The translations under genes and the position numbers were made by a program. Under the pieces are notes generated by a model. That model made no database searches. It saw nothing but the letters and a program-made list of their open reading frames with translations, and was not told where the DNA came from. Below, piece after piece: positions 41,644-51,132 of a stretch of 64,000 nucleotides of DNA. The stretch is from Longimicrobiales bacterium (GTDB lineage Bacteria; Gemmatimonadota; Gemmatimonadetes; Longimicrobiales; RSA9): the NCBI GenBank assembly GCA_035512635.1, contig DATKDR010000034.1, positions 2,471 to 66,470 of the forward strand. Reading direction: 5' to 3'. Each line of letters starts with the position of its first letter. Positions within the stretch are counted from its first letter, which is position 1.

Positions 41644-43359
41644 TCAGGTCTTGAAGCCGGAGACCAGCTCCCTCAAACGTTCGGCCGCGCGCAGCAGCTC
41701 GACGCTCGCCGCGCTCATCTCCTCGGTCGCCGCCGACTGCTCCTCCGCGGCCGCACTCACCTCCTGCGCCGACGCGGCATGCGATTCCGCCGTCGCGCCG
41801 ACCGCCTTCACCGTGCCCTCCACCGAGTCGACCGCCGCGCGATTGCCGCCGGCCGCCTCCAGCACCCGCGAAGCCGTATCGCGCACCTCTTCGATCGATC
41901 GAAGGATGGAGTCGAACGCGCCCTCGACGTTCTTCGAGATCTCCTCCACGCCCGCGACCTTCTTCGTGCCTTCCGCCATCGTGCCGACGACGCTCTCGAT
42001 CTGGGCGCGGATGCCGCGTACGGTGCTGGCCACCTCATCGGCCGCGCGCGCACTGCCGTCGGCCAGCTTGCGGACCTCCTCCGCGACGACCGAGAAGCCG
42101 CGGCCGTGCTCGCCCGCCCGCGCCGCCTCGATCGCAGCGTTCAACGCCAGCAGATCGGTCTGGCGCGCGATGCCCTGAATCGTCGCGACGAACTGCGTGA
42201 TCTTGTCCGAGGCTTCCCGGAGCGCGAAGACCTCGCGTCCCGAATTATCGACCACGGCGCGCACCTCGAGCAGCGTCTGCGCGGCGTCGCGTACGTCCTT
42301 TCGCTGGGTCGATGCCAGCTCGAAGATGCCGTCACCGAGCTGCCGAACGCGGCTCGAGCTGGCTGCCACCTGTTCCGAGCTCGAACGGATGAGGTGGAGT
42401 GATTCGTCCACGCTGCGCAGCCCGGCGGCCTGATCCTCGGCGCCGGAGGTGATTCCCTCCATCGCCGACGAGACCTCGCCGCTCGAGGCGGCGACTTCCT
42501 CCGAGATGCTGGACAGGTCCGACGCGGACGCGCTGATCTGCTCCGCGGTGGTCACCGTCTCGGTCACCATCGAGCGCAACCGATCGGCCATACTGCCGAA
42601 CGCCGATGCCAGCACGCTGAACTCCATCGGCATGCGACCGTCGACGCGCGCGTTCAGATCACCTTCGCCGAAGCGATGCGCCGCCGCGACCAGTCGGGTG
42701 AGCGGCTCATCGATCGCCTGGATCGCGCGCCAGACGATTAGACTGGCGAGCAGCACGGTAAAGATCAGCACGAGAACCATGACGGCCTGTCGCTCTTCCG
42801 CGTTGTTCTCGAGGTTCTCCGCCGCCTCACGGATCGCCTCGCTCTCCTCCGCCGACAGGTCACCGATGAGCGTCGTGAGCTCGTCGAGCATCGGACCCAC
42901 ACCGGCGAGCGTGCGCACCGCCTCCGGCCGCCGGCCGAGATCGTACTGCGCGTGCGCCACCGAGTAGAGCACCTCGAGGCGCGAGTGGAGGTCGTCGATG
43001 CGCGCCAGATCCGTCTGCTCCTCCGCCGACAGATTCTCCAGCGCGAGATAGCGCCGCCTCACGTCATGAGCGCGGAAGCCGAGCTGGTCGAAGCGGGCAG
43101 CCGAGGCGCTGTCGCGCTCCACGAGGTAATGCTCGCCCGCCGTGATCTGGGTCAGCACCGTATGCACGAGCTGGGTCCCGAGGCTACTCGCCGACTGCAG
43201 CTCGTTCATGCGCTGCCCGACCTGCGTGCCGTATTCGCGCAGGGCGGTCGCGCCGAACAGCCAGAGCACGAACATGCCCGCCACGAGCAGCGCGTAGGCG
43301 AGGACCAGCCGCCCGCGGATTCGGCTCAGGTATTCCCGAGCTCGCTCGAACCAGTTCAT
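41644..43359 (-). CDS. Methyl-accepting chemotaxis protein (two TM, HAMP, MA domain)
   Basis: Conserved signalling hairpin ([35 protein letters not shown]) and a HAMP region after TM2. No che genes in the window. Confidence 0.92.
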   Translation of the reverse strand: MNWFERAREYLSRIRGRLVLAYALLVAGMFVLWLFGATALREYGTQVGQRMNELQSASSLGTQLVHTVLTQITAGEHYLVERDSASAARFDQLGFRAHDVRRRYLALENLSAEEQTDLARIDDLHSRLEVLYSVAHAQYDLGRRPEAVRTLAGVGPMLDELTTLIGDLSAEESEAIREAAENLENNAEERQAVMVLVLIFTVLLASLIVWRAIQAIDEPLTRLVAAAHRFGEGDLNARVDGRMPMEFSVLASAFGSMADRLRSMVTETVTTAEQISASASDLSSISEEVAASSGEVSSAMEGITSGAEDQAAGLRSVDESLHLIRSSSEQVAASSSRVRQLGDGIFELASTQRKDVRDAAQTLLEVRAVVDNSGREVFALREASDKITQFVATIQGIARQTDLLALNAAIEAARAGEHGRGFSVVAEEVRKLADGSARAADEVASTVRGIRAQIESVVGTMAEGTKKVAGVEEISKNVEGAFDSILRSIEEVRDTASRVLEAAGGNRAAVDSVEGTVKAVGATAESHAASAQEVSAAAEEQSAATEEMSAASVELLRAAERLRELVSGFKT

Positions 43360-43472
43360 CGGTTGCGCCCGCGTGATGAGGAGGGTGAGGGGCAGATATA
43401 CGAGCCGCCGGCGAGCTTTGTCAACGCATTCCGGTCCGTCTATCTTGGCCCCATGAACGATGCTACGCGCTC

Positions 43473-45341
43473 ATGACCGGGCACGAAGAGGAGATCCTCG
43501 GGAAAGCATACGACGGCCGGCTGATGCGCCGGCTGCTGCGTTACCTGCGTCCGTACCGCGCCCGCGTCGCGCTCGCCATCCTGCTGCTGCTGACCGCCGC
43601 GGCGGTCGAGCTGGTCGGACCCTGGCTGACCAAGATCGCGATCGACGAGGCGATCCCCGCCGGCGATCGCTCTCTGCTGCTGCTGCTCACGCTCGGCTTC
43701 GTCGCCGCGCTGCAGCTCGCCTTCGTGCTCGAGTTCGCGCAGACCCTGCTCACCACCTGGCTCGGCCAGCGCATCATGTTCGATCTCCGGCGCGAGATCT
43801 TCGGACACCTCCAGCGCCTGCGCCTGCCATTCCTCGACCGCAATCCGGTCGGTCGACTAATGACCCGCGTGACCAACGACGTCGAAGTGCTGAACGAGCT
43901 GTTCAGCTCGGGCATCGTGACGGTCTTCGGCGATATTTTCACGCTGGTCGGCATCCTCGTCGTGATGCTGCTGCTCGACTGGCGCCTCGCGCTCGTGTCT
44001 TACGCCGTCCTGCCGCTGGTGATGCTCGTCGCGTTCGTCTTCCGCGCGCGCATCCGCGACGCGTATCGCGACATCCGCACGAGGCTCGCGCGCATCAATG
44101 CGTTCCTCCAGGAACGAATCACGGGCATGTCGGTCGTGAAGCTCTTCGGCCGCGAGCGGGAAACCGGCGAGCGCTTCCGCCGCATCGACGCCGAGTACCT
44201 GGATGCGCACCTGCGCTCGATCACCTATTACGCGCTGTTCTTTCCGGTCATCGAGGTGCTGACCGCGGTCGCGCTCGCGCTCATCATCGCCTACGGCGGT
44301 TCGCAGGTGCTGGACGGCACGATCACCGTCGGCGTCGTCGCCGCCTTCCTCCAGTACGCGCGCCGCTTCTTCCGTCCCATCCAGGATCTCTCCGAAAAAT
44401 ACAACATGCTCCAGGGCGCGATGGCGTCGTCGGAGCGGATCTTCAGGCTGCTGGACGAGCCGGTAGCGGATCCGGGATCCCGGATTCCGGATGCGGGACA
44501 GGCCGCGCCGCCTGCCGAGCCAAGGGGTTTCATATCCGGCATCCGGAATCGGGGATCCGGAATCCTGTCACGCGGCGAGCTCGAGTTCAGGAATGTCTGG
44601 TTCGCCTACATCGACCGGGAGGATGGCGAGCCGGAATGGGTGCTGCGCGACGTCAGCTTCCGCATACCGGCGGGCGAGCGGGTGGCCGTGGTCGGTCACA
44701 CGGGCGCGGGCAAGACCACGCTCGCGAGTCTGCTGATGCGCTTCTACGAGCCGCAGCGGGGGGAGATCCTGTTCGACGGCGTGCCGATTCGGGACATTCC
44801 CGTCCGTGAGCTACGCGACCGCATCGGCCTGGTGCTCCAGGACGTGTTTCTGTTCAGCCGCGACGTCGCCTACAACATTCGATTCGGGCGAGACGACATT
44901 TCCGAGGCGGCGATGCGCGCGGCGGCGGAAAGCGTCGGTGCCGCCGACTTCATCGCGAAGCTGCCCCAGCAATACGCCACACCGCTGGGCGAGCGGGGCG
45001 TCACGCTGTCGGTGGGCCAGCGGCAGCTGCTGTCGTTCGCGCGCGCCCTCGCCTTCGATCCGCTGGTGCTGATCCTGGACGAGGCGACCAGCTCCGTGGA
45101 CTCGTCGCTCGAGGAGCGGATCGAGCGTGCGGTCGAGACGCTGCTGCGCGGCCGCACCGCGCTGGTCATCGCGCACCGCCTGTCGACGGTGCAGACGGCC
45201 GATCGGATTCTCGTGCTGCACCACGGCGAGCTGCGCGAGCAGGGCACGCACACCGAGCTGCTGGCGACGGACGGCCTGTACTCGCGCCTGCACGAGCTGC
45301 AGTTCGCCGGTAGCGGAGCGGCTGCGGTCGCAAACCCGTAA
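43473..45341 (+). CDS. ABC exporter, fused TMD-NBD (MsbA/ABCB type)
   Basis: Six TM segments, Walker A (GHTGAGKTTL), signature (LSVGQRQLL), Walker B (LILDEATS) and an H-loop (IAHRL). An unusual long TMD-NBD linker is encoded by an inverted heptamer repeat. Confidence 0.93.
   Translation: MTGHEEEILGKAYDGRLMRRLLRYLRPYRARVALAILLLLTAAAVELVGPWLTKIAIDEAIPAGDRSLLLLLTLGFVAALQLAFVLEFAQTLLTTWLGQRIMFDLRREIFGHLQRLRLPFLDRNPVGRLMTRVTNDVEVLNELFSSGIVTVFGDIFTLVGILVVMLLLDWRLALVSYAVLPLVMLVAFVFRARIRDAYRDIRTRLARINAFLQERITGMSVVKLFGRERETGERFRRIDAEYLDAHLRSITYYALFFPVIEVLTAVALALIIAYGGSQVLDGTITVGVVAAFLQYARRFFRPIQDLSEKYNMLQGAMASSERIFRLLDEPVADPGSRIPDAGQAAPPAEPRGFISGIRNRGSGILSRGELEFRNVWFAYIDREDGEPEWVLRDVSFRIPAGERVAVVGHTGAGKTTLASLLMRFYEPQRGEILFDGVPIRDIPVRELRDRIGLVLQDVFLFSRDVAYNIRFGRDDISEAAMRAAAESVGAADFIAKLPQQYATPLGERGVTLSVGQRQLLSFARALAFDPLVLILDEATSSVDSSLEERIERAVETLLRGRTALVIAHRLSTVQTADRILVLHHGELREQGTHTELLATDGLYSRLHELQFAGSGAAAVANP
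44467..44566. repeat. Opposed heptamer arrays (CGGATCC GGGATCC CGGATTC CGGATGC ... GCATCCG GAATCGG GGATCCG GAATCCT) inside the ABC exporter CDS
   Basis: Left arm 44467-44494 and right arm 44539-44566 (with a weaker unit from 44532), separated by a 44-nt spacer. The arms are near-perfect reverse complements. The region is in frame and encodes DPGSRIPDAG...ISGIRNRGSGILS. Confidence 0.85.
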
Positions 45342-45444
45342 ACGCGCGTCCTCCAAGGTGAATACGGTGTCTGGAAGGCAGGGCGCGCTTTTTGCCCCTC
45401 CGCCCGCTGGGCGGTGCGGGACGGGCCTCAGGTCATGGGTGAGA

Positions 45445-45837
45445 ATGGACACGAATCGAAAGAAGCTGATTCTGGTCGTCGATGACGATCCGAATTCACG
45501 TGAAATCGTGCAGACGTTCCTCGAGTCACGCGGCTACAGCGTGGTCACTGTGCCGACCGGCGAGTCTGCCCTGGCCGCGGTACAGGAGGAGACGCCCGAC
45601 CTGATCCTGCTGGACGTGATGATGCCGGGGATGGACGGGTGGGAAGTGGCGCGGACGCTGAAGGATCATGCCGACTACGCCGGCATCCGCGTCGTCATGA
45701 TGACCGCGCGCAGCGACTTTTCGGACAAGCAGAAAGGGCTACAGGCCGGAGCGGACGACTATATCGTGAAGCCGATCCAGCTGGAGGACCTGGGCAAAAC
45801 CGTCAAGCGCAATCTCGAGGTACGGAGCCGCCGTTAG
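45445..45837 (+). CDS. Single-domain response regulator (CheY-like receiver)
   Basis: I trimmed to ATG 45445. LVVDDDPN, phospho-acceptor context (LILLDVMMPGMDG), MTA and YIVKP. Confidence 0.9.
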   Translation: MDTNRKKLILVVDDDPNSREIVQTFLESRGYSVVTVPTGESALAAVQEETPDLILLDVMMPGMDGWEVARTLKDHADYAGIRVVMMTARSDFSDKQKGLQAGADDYIVKPIQLEDLGKTVKRNLEVRSRR

Positions 45838-47483
45838 TGCGCGTGTTCGTGCATGGCGGCGACGAGCACCTGCGCCGCGGACTGAACGACGCCGCGCACC
45901 GACTCGGCGCCGATATCGTCGACTGGCGCGACCGTGCTTCCGCCGACGGCAACGGGGGCGCCGGACCGCATGTCCTGGTCGCCGGCGCGGCCGACATCGA
46001 CGACCTGCGCAAGCTCCGGCTGGAAGCCCGCCGGGAAGGTGCCGCTCTGGTCGTGGCCTGCACGAGCGCGGACCAGTGCCGTACGGCCGCCCTCGCCCAT
46101 GCCGACGACTGGCTGCTCCTTCCCGGTGACGCGTCCGAGCAGGGCGAGCTGGCGATGCGCATCGAGACGGCGCGTCACCGCGTCTCCGGCGTCGGCCATG
46201 CCCAGGAGGCATCCGACGCGGCCGACCTGATCCGCTACGAGGAGCTGCTCTACGACAAGCTGACCGGCTTCCCCACGCTGCCGGTGATGATCGAGCAGGC
46301 GCGCGCGCTGCTCGAGCGCCGCAACGAGCTGACCATCCTCTACATCCACTTCGTGCGCTACTCGAAGATCGAGGAGATCTACGGCTGGCAGAAGCTGGAC
46401 GACGTGCTCGAGACGACGTCGCACGCGGTGCGCGACTTCTACTCCCGCGAGCACGGGCAGCGCGACCGGATCATGATGGTGTCGCACACCGGCGACGACG
46501 ACTTCATCCTCTTCACCCACGTGCCGGCCGAAGGGGAAGAGGCCCGCAGTCGCATGAGCGACCTCTCGGAGCGCCTCGAAGCCACGCTGAAGGAGCGGCT
46601 GGAGAAGGAGCACGGCGAGGACATCGCCGCGCTGTGCGGCATCTACGTCGGCGCCTCGACCGTCTTCCGCAATCCCAAGATCCGCACCGAGCGCCTCATC
46701 TACCGGGGCCTGCGCGAAGCCGCCGAGGCCGCACGCGGCGCCGAGCAGTGGGAGCGCCGGCAGAAGGTCGACGACCTGAAGGCGACCGTCAACGAGGGCG
46801 CCGTCTTCATCGAGTATCACCCGATCATCATCACGGATACCGGCAAGGTGTACGGCTACGAGGCGCTCGCGCGAGGCATGCGACGCCACCTGCGCTCGCC
46901 CGAAGTGCTCTTCGAGGTCGCGGCCGAGGCCAACCTCGTGTGGGAGCTGAGCCGGCTGCTGCGGCGGGAGGCCGTTTCCGGGATCATCAATCGACTGCCC
47001 GCCGATCAGCTCCTGTTCCTCAACATCGATCCCCACGACTTCGACGATCCGACGTTCCGCAACATGGAGCCGGCCGATCTAGGCATCGAGGATCCGAGCC
47101 GCATCGTGCTCGAGATCACCGAGCGCACGGCGATCACGGACTATCCGCGCTTCCAGGAATACCTGACGCGTTTCCGCCAGATGGGCTTCCGCTTCGCGGT
47201 CGACGACGCGGGCAGCGGCTACGCGGGCCTGGGCTCCATCGCCAACCTCGAGCCCGACTTCATCAAGCTCGACATCTCGCTGATCGGCAACATCGACTCG
47301 AACTTCCTGAAGCAGCATCTCGTGGAGACGATGGTCGGCTTCGCTGAGACGCACGGCGCCATGGTGGTCGCCGAAGGCGTCGAGCGCGAAGAGGAATTCG
47401 AAACGGTCAAGCAGCTCGGCGTACACCTCATCCAGGGGTTCCTCTTCCACAAGCCCCTGTACTCGAAGGAAGTGCCGAGGTGA
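45837..47483 (+). CDS. Degenerate-GGDEF / EAL domain protein (putative c-di-GMP phosphodiesterase) with N-terminal receiver-like region
   Basis: GTG 45837 overlaps the regulator stop (TAGTG). The GGDEF position reads TGDDDF. EAL signatures are intact (YEALARG, LEITER, DDAGSGYAG, KLD, EGVE...QGF). Confidence 0.88.
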   Translation: MRVFVHGGDEHLRRGLNDAAHRLGADIVDWRDRASADGNGGAGPHVLVAGAADIDDLRKLRLEARREGAALVVACTSADQCRTAALAHADDWLLLPGDASEQGELAMRIETARHRVSGVGHAQEASDAADLIRYEELLYDKLTGFPTLPVMIEQARALLERRNELTILYIHFVRYSKIEEIYGWQKLDDVLETTSHAVRDFYSREHGQRDRIMMVSHTGDDDFILFTHVPAEGEEARSRMSDLSERLEATLKERLEKEHGEDIAALCGIYVGASTVFRNPKIRTERLIYRGLREAAEAARGAEQWERRQKVDDLKATVNEGAVFIEYHPIIITDTGKVYGYEALARGMRRHLRSPEVLFEVAAEANLVWELSRLLRREAVSGIINRLPADQLLFLNIDPHDFDDPTFRNMEPADLGIEDPSRIVLEITERTAITDYPRFQEYLTRFRQMGFRFAVDDAGSGYAGLGSIANLEPDFIKLDISLIGNIDSNFLKQHLVETMVGFAETHGAMVVAEGVEREEEFETVKQLGVHLIQGFLFHKPLYSKEVPR

Positions 47484-47489
47484 AGCGAA

Positions 47490-47519
47490 GGTGAGGTGAG
47501 GTGAGGTGAGGTAAGGTGG
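47490..47519. repeat. (GGTGA)4 GGTAA GGTGG array
   Basis: Direct reading. It begins 7 nt after the EAL gene stop (47481-47483). Confidence 0.95.
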
Positions 47520-47693
47520 CTGGTCCATCCGGAAGGCAGAAACCGAGCACGTTCACGTTGAACGTTCACATTCACGACCGATTCGGACGCCGCCCACATT
47601 TGTCCTGTCGTTCGGTCGCGTCGGACGCACCTGAACCTGAACGTTCGACCTGGGCGTGCACGGTAGTTCGCGTCGCCGACCCACCGGCCCGGT

Positions 47694-47779
47694 CCTCACC
47701 TCACCTCACCTCAACGCCACCTCACCTCACCTCACCTCACCTCACCTCACCTTGACGCCACCTCACCTCACCTCACCTT
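47694..47779. repeat. Three (TCACC)n blocks (3, 6 and 3 units) separated by the linkers TCAACGCCA / TTGACGCCA
   Basis: Direct reading. The stop codon of the minus-strand gene (TCA, 47773-47775) lies in the third block. Confidence 0.95.
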
Positions 47780-49281
47780 GGCTTTTCCATCGGCGTCCCC
47801 AGCGGCTGCTTGGCCGGCGCGGTATCGTCCGGCAGCGGGGGCGCTTCCGGGATTCCTATCGTGTCGGCCGGTACGCCGGTCGTGTCCGACCTCGTGATCA
47901 GCTCCGCGAGGCCCTCGATGTCGGGCACGTCCCCCTCCGGGTCGGCGAGGGCGCCTACGGTGTAGCGACTGCTCGCGTTCCAGAGCACCCATTCGTCGAG
48001 GCCAGCGTCGTAGACCGCTCGGATCTGCGCCCGGACGTGCGCCGGGCCGTAGGGAGGCTGGCCCAGCGTGAAATCCTGGAGCCACGGCCTGATGGTGGCG
48101 GCGTTCTCGATGACACGGTTGCGACGTACGGCGTGCCGCAGCGCGGTGAATACCGTGTGATACGGATCGGCGTTCGGGTGACGGATGCCGAAGGAGCCGC
48201 GCGGATAATGTGACGGATACACCATCGGTAGCAGCACGTCGGTCACATCCGACATCGACTCCCAGTGCTGGCCGATGCCGACGTCGTGAGAGGCCGATGT
48301 GCTGACCCCGAAGACGTCGGCGGTGACGGGCACGCCTTCGGGCCCCAGCTGCTCGCGTGTGTAGCGCAGGAACTCGCGAATCGCCTCGGCGCGGGAGCGA
48401 CCCTCGCGCGCGGCGTACACGGCGGTGCGCATGTATGCGCTGGGCACATCGGGGAAGCGAACGTAGTCCCACTGGACTTCGGCGAAACCGAGCGCGACGG
48501 CCTCGCGCGCCAACGCGAGGTTGTACTCCCAGACGTTCGCGTTGTACGGATCGACCCAGACCTCGCGGTTGTGATCGCGCCAGATGCGCTCCTCGGCCGT
48601 GCGGATCGCCCAGTCGGGCCGCGCGATGGCGAGGACCGGATCCTTGAATACGACGATGCGCGCGATGGGATAGATGCCGTTTTCCCGCAGGCGCGCGAGC
48701 AACCCGCCGACGTCGCGGATCGGCCGCATCGTGTTCGCTCCCACCCGGCGCACCATCGGAATGCTGCTCCGGTACGTGACCTGGCCGTCGGCTTCCTTGA
48801 TGTCGACGACGAAGGTGTTGATCTCGGTGCGATTCGCGATGCCGATGAGTGCATTCATGCGCGCGGACGAGCCGGCGCTCCAGGCGTTCACGTAGAGCGC
48901 CCGCACGCGCTCCGGTCGCGGCACCCTCTGCGACGGATCGACCGGCGTCACGCCCACCTCGAAATCCTCGGGACCGACCGCTCTCCCGGGGGTGATGCGC
49001 GCGCCCGCGAGCGCGGCCGCCGCGACGGAATCGATCGCGGCGCCGGGCGCCACGTCGCCCGCTGGCGGGCTGCCTGCGAGCCCGCCGTCGGCGAGGGCGA
49101 GCGAATCCAGGAGCAGCGAGTCGGCCGGGGGCGCTGCGACCGCCGTCGTGTCGGGCAGCACTCCGGGCGCGGCCTGCGGAGCGGGGGCATCGCATGCGAA
49201 CGCGCCGAGCACCGCGAAGGTGCCGAGCACCGCGAGCAACGGGAGCTGCGCGCGTGGTCGCGACCTCGAGCCGATCGTCAT
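47773..49281 (-). CDS. Putative secreted glycoside hydrolase-like TIM-barrel protein (DUF4015-like)
   Basis: I trimmed to ATG 49281 (MTIGSRSRPRAQLPLLAVLGTFAVLGAFAC). VRALYVNAWSAGS...NTFVVDIKEADG...IARIVVFKD...WVDPYN...EVQWDYVRFPD resembles the putative glycosyl-hydrolase DUF4015 family, recalled from memory. Confidence 0.65.
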   Translation of the reverse strand: MTIGSRSRPRAQLPLLAVLGTFAVLGAFACDAPAPQAAPGVLPDTTAVAAPPADSLLLDSLALADGGLAGSPPAGDVAPGAAIDSVAAAALAGARITPGRAVGPEDFEVGVTPVDPSQRVPRPERVRALYVNAWSAGSSARMNALIGIANRTEINTFVVDIKEADGQVTYRSSIPMVRRVGANTMRPIRDVGGLLARLRENGIYPIARIVVFKDPVLAIARPDWAIRTAEERIWRDHNREVWVDPYNANVWEYNLALAREAVALGFAEVQWDYVRFPDVPSAYMRTAVYAAREGRSRAEAIREFLRYTREQLGPEGVPVTADVFGVSTSASHDVGIGQHWESMSDVTDVLLPMVYPSHYPRGSFGIRHPNADPYHTVFTALRHAVRRNRVIENAATIRPWLQDFTLGQPPYGPAHVRAQIRAVYDAGLDEWVLWNASSRYTVGALADPEGDVPDIEGLAELITRSDTTGVPADTIGIPEAPPLPDDTAPAKQPLGTPMEKPR

Positions 49282-49285
49282 CGAA

Positions 49286-50695
49286 TCAATACTTGGGAAC
49301 CGTGGGGTCGACTTCGTCGGACCATGCGCCGATGCCACCGGCGAGGTTGCGCACATGCGTGAAGCCGGCGTCGCGCAGGTAGCGGGCTGCGTGCCCGCTG
49401 CGGGAGCCGGAGCGGCAGGCGACCACGATGTCGCTGTCGGGACTCAGCTCGTCGAGTCGCGCCGGGATATCGGCGAGGGGAATGTGCACCACCGAATAGG
49501 GACGGAAGCTGGCGATGTCGAGCTCGTAGGGCTCCCGCACGTCGATCAGGACGAGATCGGGCTTCCGCTCGAGCTCCGCTTTGAGCTGGGTCGCCGAGAT
49601 GTCCTCGACGCCCGTATTCATGGCGCGTTTCAAGCCGCAGAATTCCTCGTAGTCGATCAATCGGTCGATGGACGGAGCGTCGCCGCAGGCGGGGCACTCC
49701 GGATCGCGCTTCAGTCGCAACTCGCGCCAGCGCATGGCCAGCGCGTCGAAGATCAGCAGTCTGCCGGCGAGAGACGTGCCCGCGCCAGTCAGCCATTTGA
49801 TGGCTTCCAGGGCCTGGAGTGAGCCGATGACGCCGGGCAGCACGCCGATCACGCCGGCCTCCGCGCAGCTCGGCACCAGGCCGGGCGGCGGCGGCTCGCG
49901 GAAGAGACAGCGATAGCAGGGCCCATCCGGCGCGCCGAAGAGCGACGCCTGTCCCTCGAAGCGCAGGATCGCGCCGTACGCGAACGGCTTCTTCAGCAGC
50001 ACGCACGCGTCGTTCACCAGGTAGCGCGTGGGGAAGTTGTCGCTGCCGTCGATGACGACGTCGTAGCCGGCCATCACATCGAGGGCGTTCGATGAATCGA
50101 GTCGCATCTCGTGGCCGACGACGTTCACGTCGCGGTTCAGCGCGCGCAGCCGCGCGACTGCCGCGTCGATCTTCGCTCGCCCCACCTCCGCATCCCCATA
50201 CAGGATCTGGCGATGCAGGTTGGTGACGTCGACGCGGTCGAAGTCGACGAGGCCCACGGTGCCGACGCCCGCGGCGACGAGATAGAGCGCTGCCGGCGAG
50301 CCCAGCCCTCCAGCGCCGACGACGAGCACGCGCGCGCTCGCGAGGCGCCGCTGTCCCTCGACTCCGAGCTCGGGCAGCGAGATCTGTCGAGCGTAGCGGG
50401 CGAGGTCCTCTGCGGACTCCTGTCCGCCGGCGATGCTCGGCACGATCTGGATGCGGTCACCGGGCGCGACGCGCGTCGCGGGCCCGTCCAGAGCACGCAG
50501 CTCTTCGTCGTTCAGGAAGACGTTCACGTGGCGACGCAGCCGGCCGGTCTCGTCGAACAGGTGACGCCGCAGCGTCGGATGTCGCGCCGACAGCGACGCG
50601 AGCGCATCGGCGACCGTCGCGCAGTCGACGTCGATCCGTTCCGCGCCGCCGGCCTCCGCGCGGAGCGCAAGCGGCAGGTGGACGACCGCGCTCAC
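49286..50695 (-). CDS. Tri-domain protein: MoaD/ThiS-like ubiquitin-fold domain ending in GG, fused to a MoeB/ThiF-type E1 adenylyltransferase and a C-terminal rhodanese
   Basis: GTG 50695 overlaps the JAMM stop (GTGA). aa 1-91 end ...GDRIQIVPSIAGG (GG codons at 50423-50428). Then ARYARQISLPELG...VLVVGAGGLGSPAALYL (E1 nucleotide loop) and CxxC pairs (CYRC...CPAC). The rhodanese has an active-site loop VACRSGSRS. Confidence 0.85.
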   Translation of the reverse strand: MSAVVHLPLALRAEAGGAERIDVDCATVADALASLSARHPTLRRHLFDETGRLRRHVNVFLNDEELRALDGPATRVAPGDRIQIVPSIAGGQESAEDLARYARQISLPELGVEGQRRLASARVLVVGAGGLGSPAALYLVAAGVGTVGLVDFDRVDVTNLHRQILYGDAEVGRAKIDAAVARLRALNRDVNVVGHEMRLDSSNALDVMAGYDVVIDGSDNFPTRYLVNDACVLLKKPFAYGAILRFEGQASLFGAPDGPCYRCLFREPPPPGLVPSCAEAGVIGVLPGVIGSLQALEAIKWLTGAGTSLAGRLLIFDALAMRWRELRLKRDPECPACGDAPSIDRLIDYEEFCGLKRAMNTGVEDISATQLKAELERKPDLVLIDVREPYELDIASFRPYSVVHIPLADIPARLDELSPDSDIVVACRSGSRSGHAARYLRDAGFTHVRNLAGGIGAWSDEVDPTVPKY

Positions 50696-51132
50696 TCGAC
50701 CCACTCCAGCTCCTCCGGCTCGAACGTGGTGCGATCGGCGCGCAGGCGCCACGCGCTCACCGCGGGCGCACGCGCGTCGCCCACGATCAGATAGGTGAAC
50801 CACGGCCACGCGGCCTCCAGGTCGCTCGAGGAGGGCGCGACCGAGCCGTCCGGGTGCGAGTGGTAGAAGCCCACCACGTCCAGCCGCGCGGCCGCGGCCT
50901 GCCGCTCGATGCGCCGGATCGCCGCGGCGTCCATGAGATATGCGCGGCGCGTGTCCGGATCGGCGTTCGGCGCCGGCACGACCCGCTCGACCCGCCGCCC
51001 GTCGGATCCGCGAGCGCCCAGCAGCGCGCCGCAGCACTCGCGCGCGGGCGTCGCGCGCGCATGCGCGAGCATCGCTTCCAGCGCGCTGCGGCGCATGTGG
51101 ACGGTGGCGACTGTGGTGGCGACCTCGATCAT
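50692..51132 (-). CDS. JAMM/MPN+ (Mov34) family metalloisopeptidase (Mec+/QbsD-like)
   Basis: 146 aa. Catalytic Glu context (ARECCGALLG) and JAMM motif HSHPDGSVAPSSSD (HxHx7Sx2D). The ATG overlaps the waaA stop (ATGA). Confidence 0.88.
   Translation of the reverse strand: MIEVATTVATVHMRRSALEAMLAHARATPARECCGALLGARGSDGRRVERVVPAPNADPDTRRAYLMDAAAIRRIERQAAAARLDVVGFYHSHPDGSVAPSSSDLEAAWPWFTYLIVGDARAPAVSAWRLRADRTTFEPEELEWVE

Noticed and set aside
47559-47647. TGAACGTTC palindromes as LexA/SOS boxes
   Set aside because: The known Gram-positive-type box is GAAC-N4-GTTC. Here the half-sites are contiguous, and the sites lie between convergent 3' ends, not upstream of a DNA-repair gene. I kept them only as an unexplained motif within the 47.5 kb finding.
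49286-51037. N-terminal extensions offered by the track (583 aa here; likewise 31748..33838, 51129..52877, 45127..45837, 27107..28723, 18369..19895, 60790..62352, 33286..36234)
   Set aside because: The extensions overlap the upstream gene in another frame and are R/A/G/P-rich. Internal ATG or GTG starts give canonical N-termini, signal peptides or 4-nt start/stop overlaps, so I trimmed these calls.
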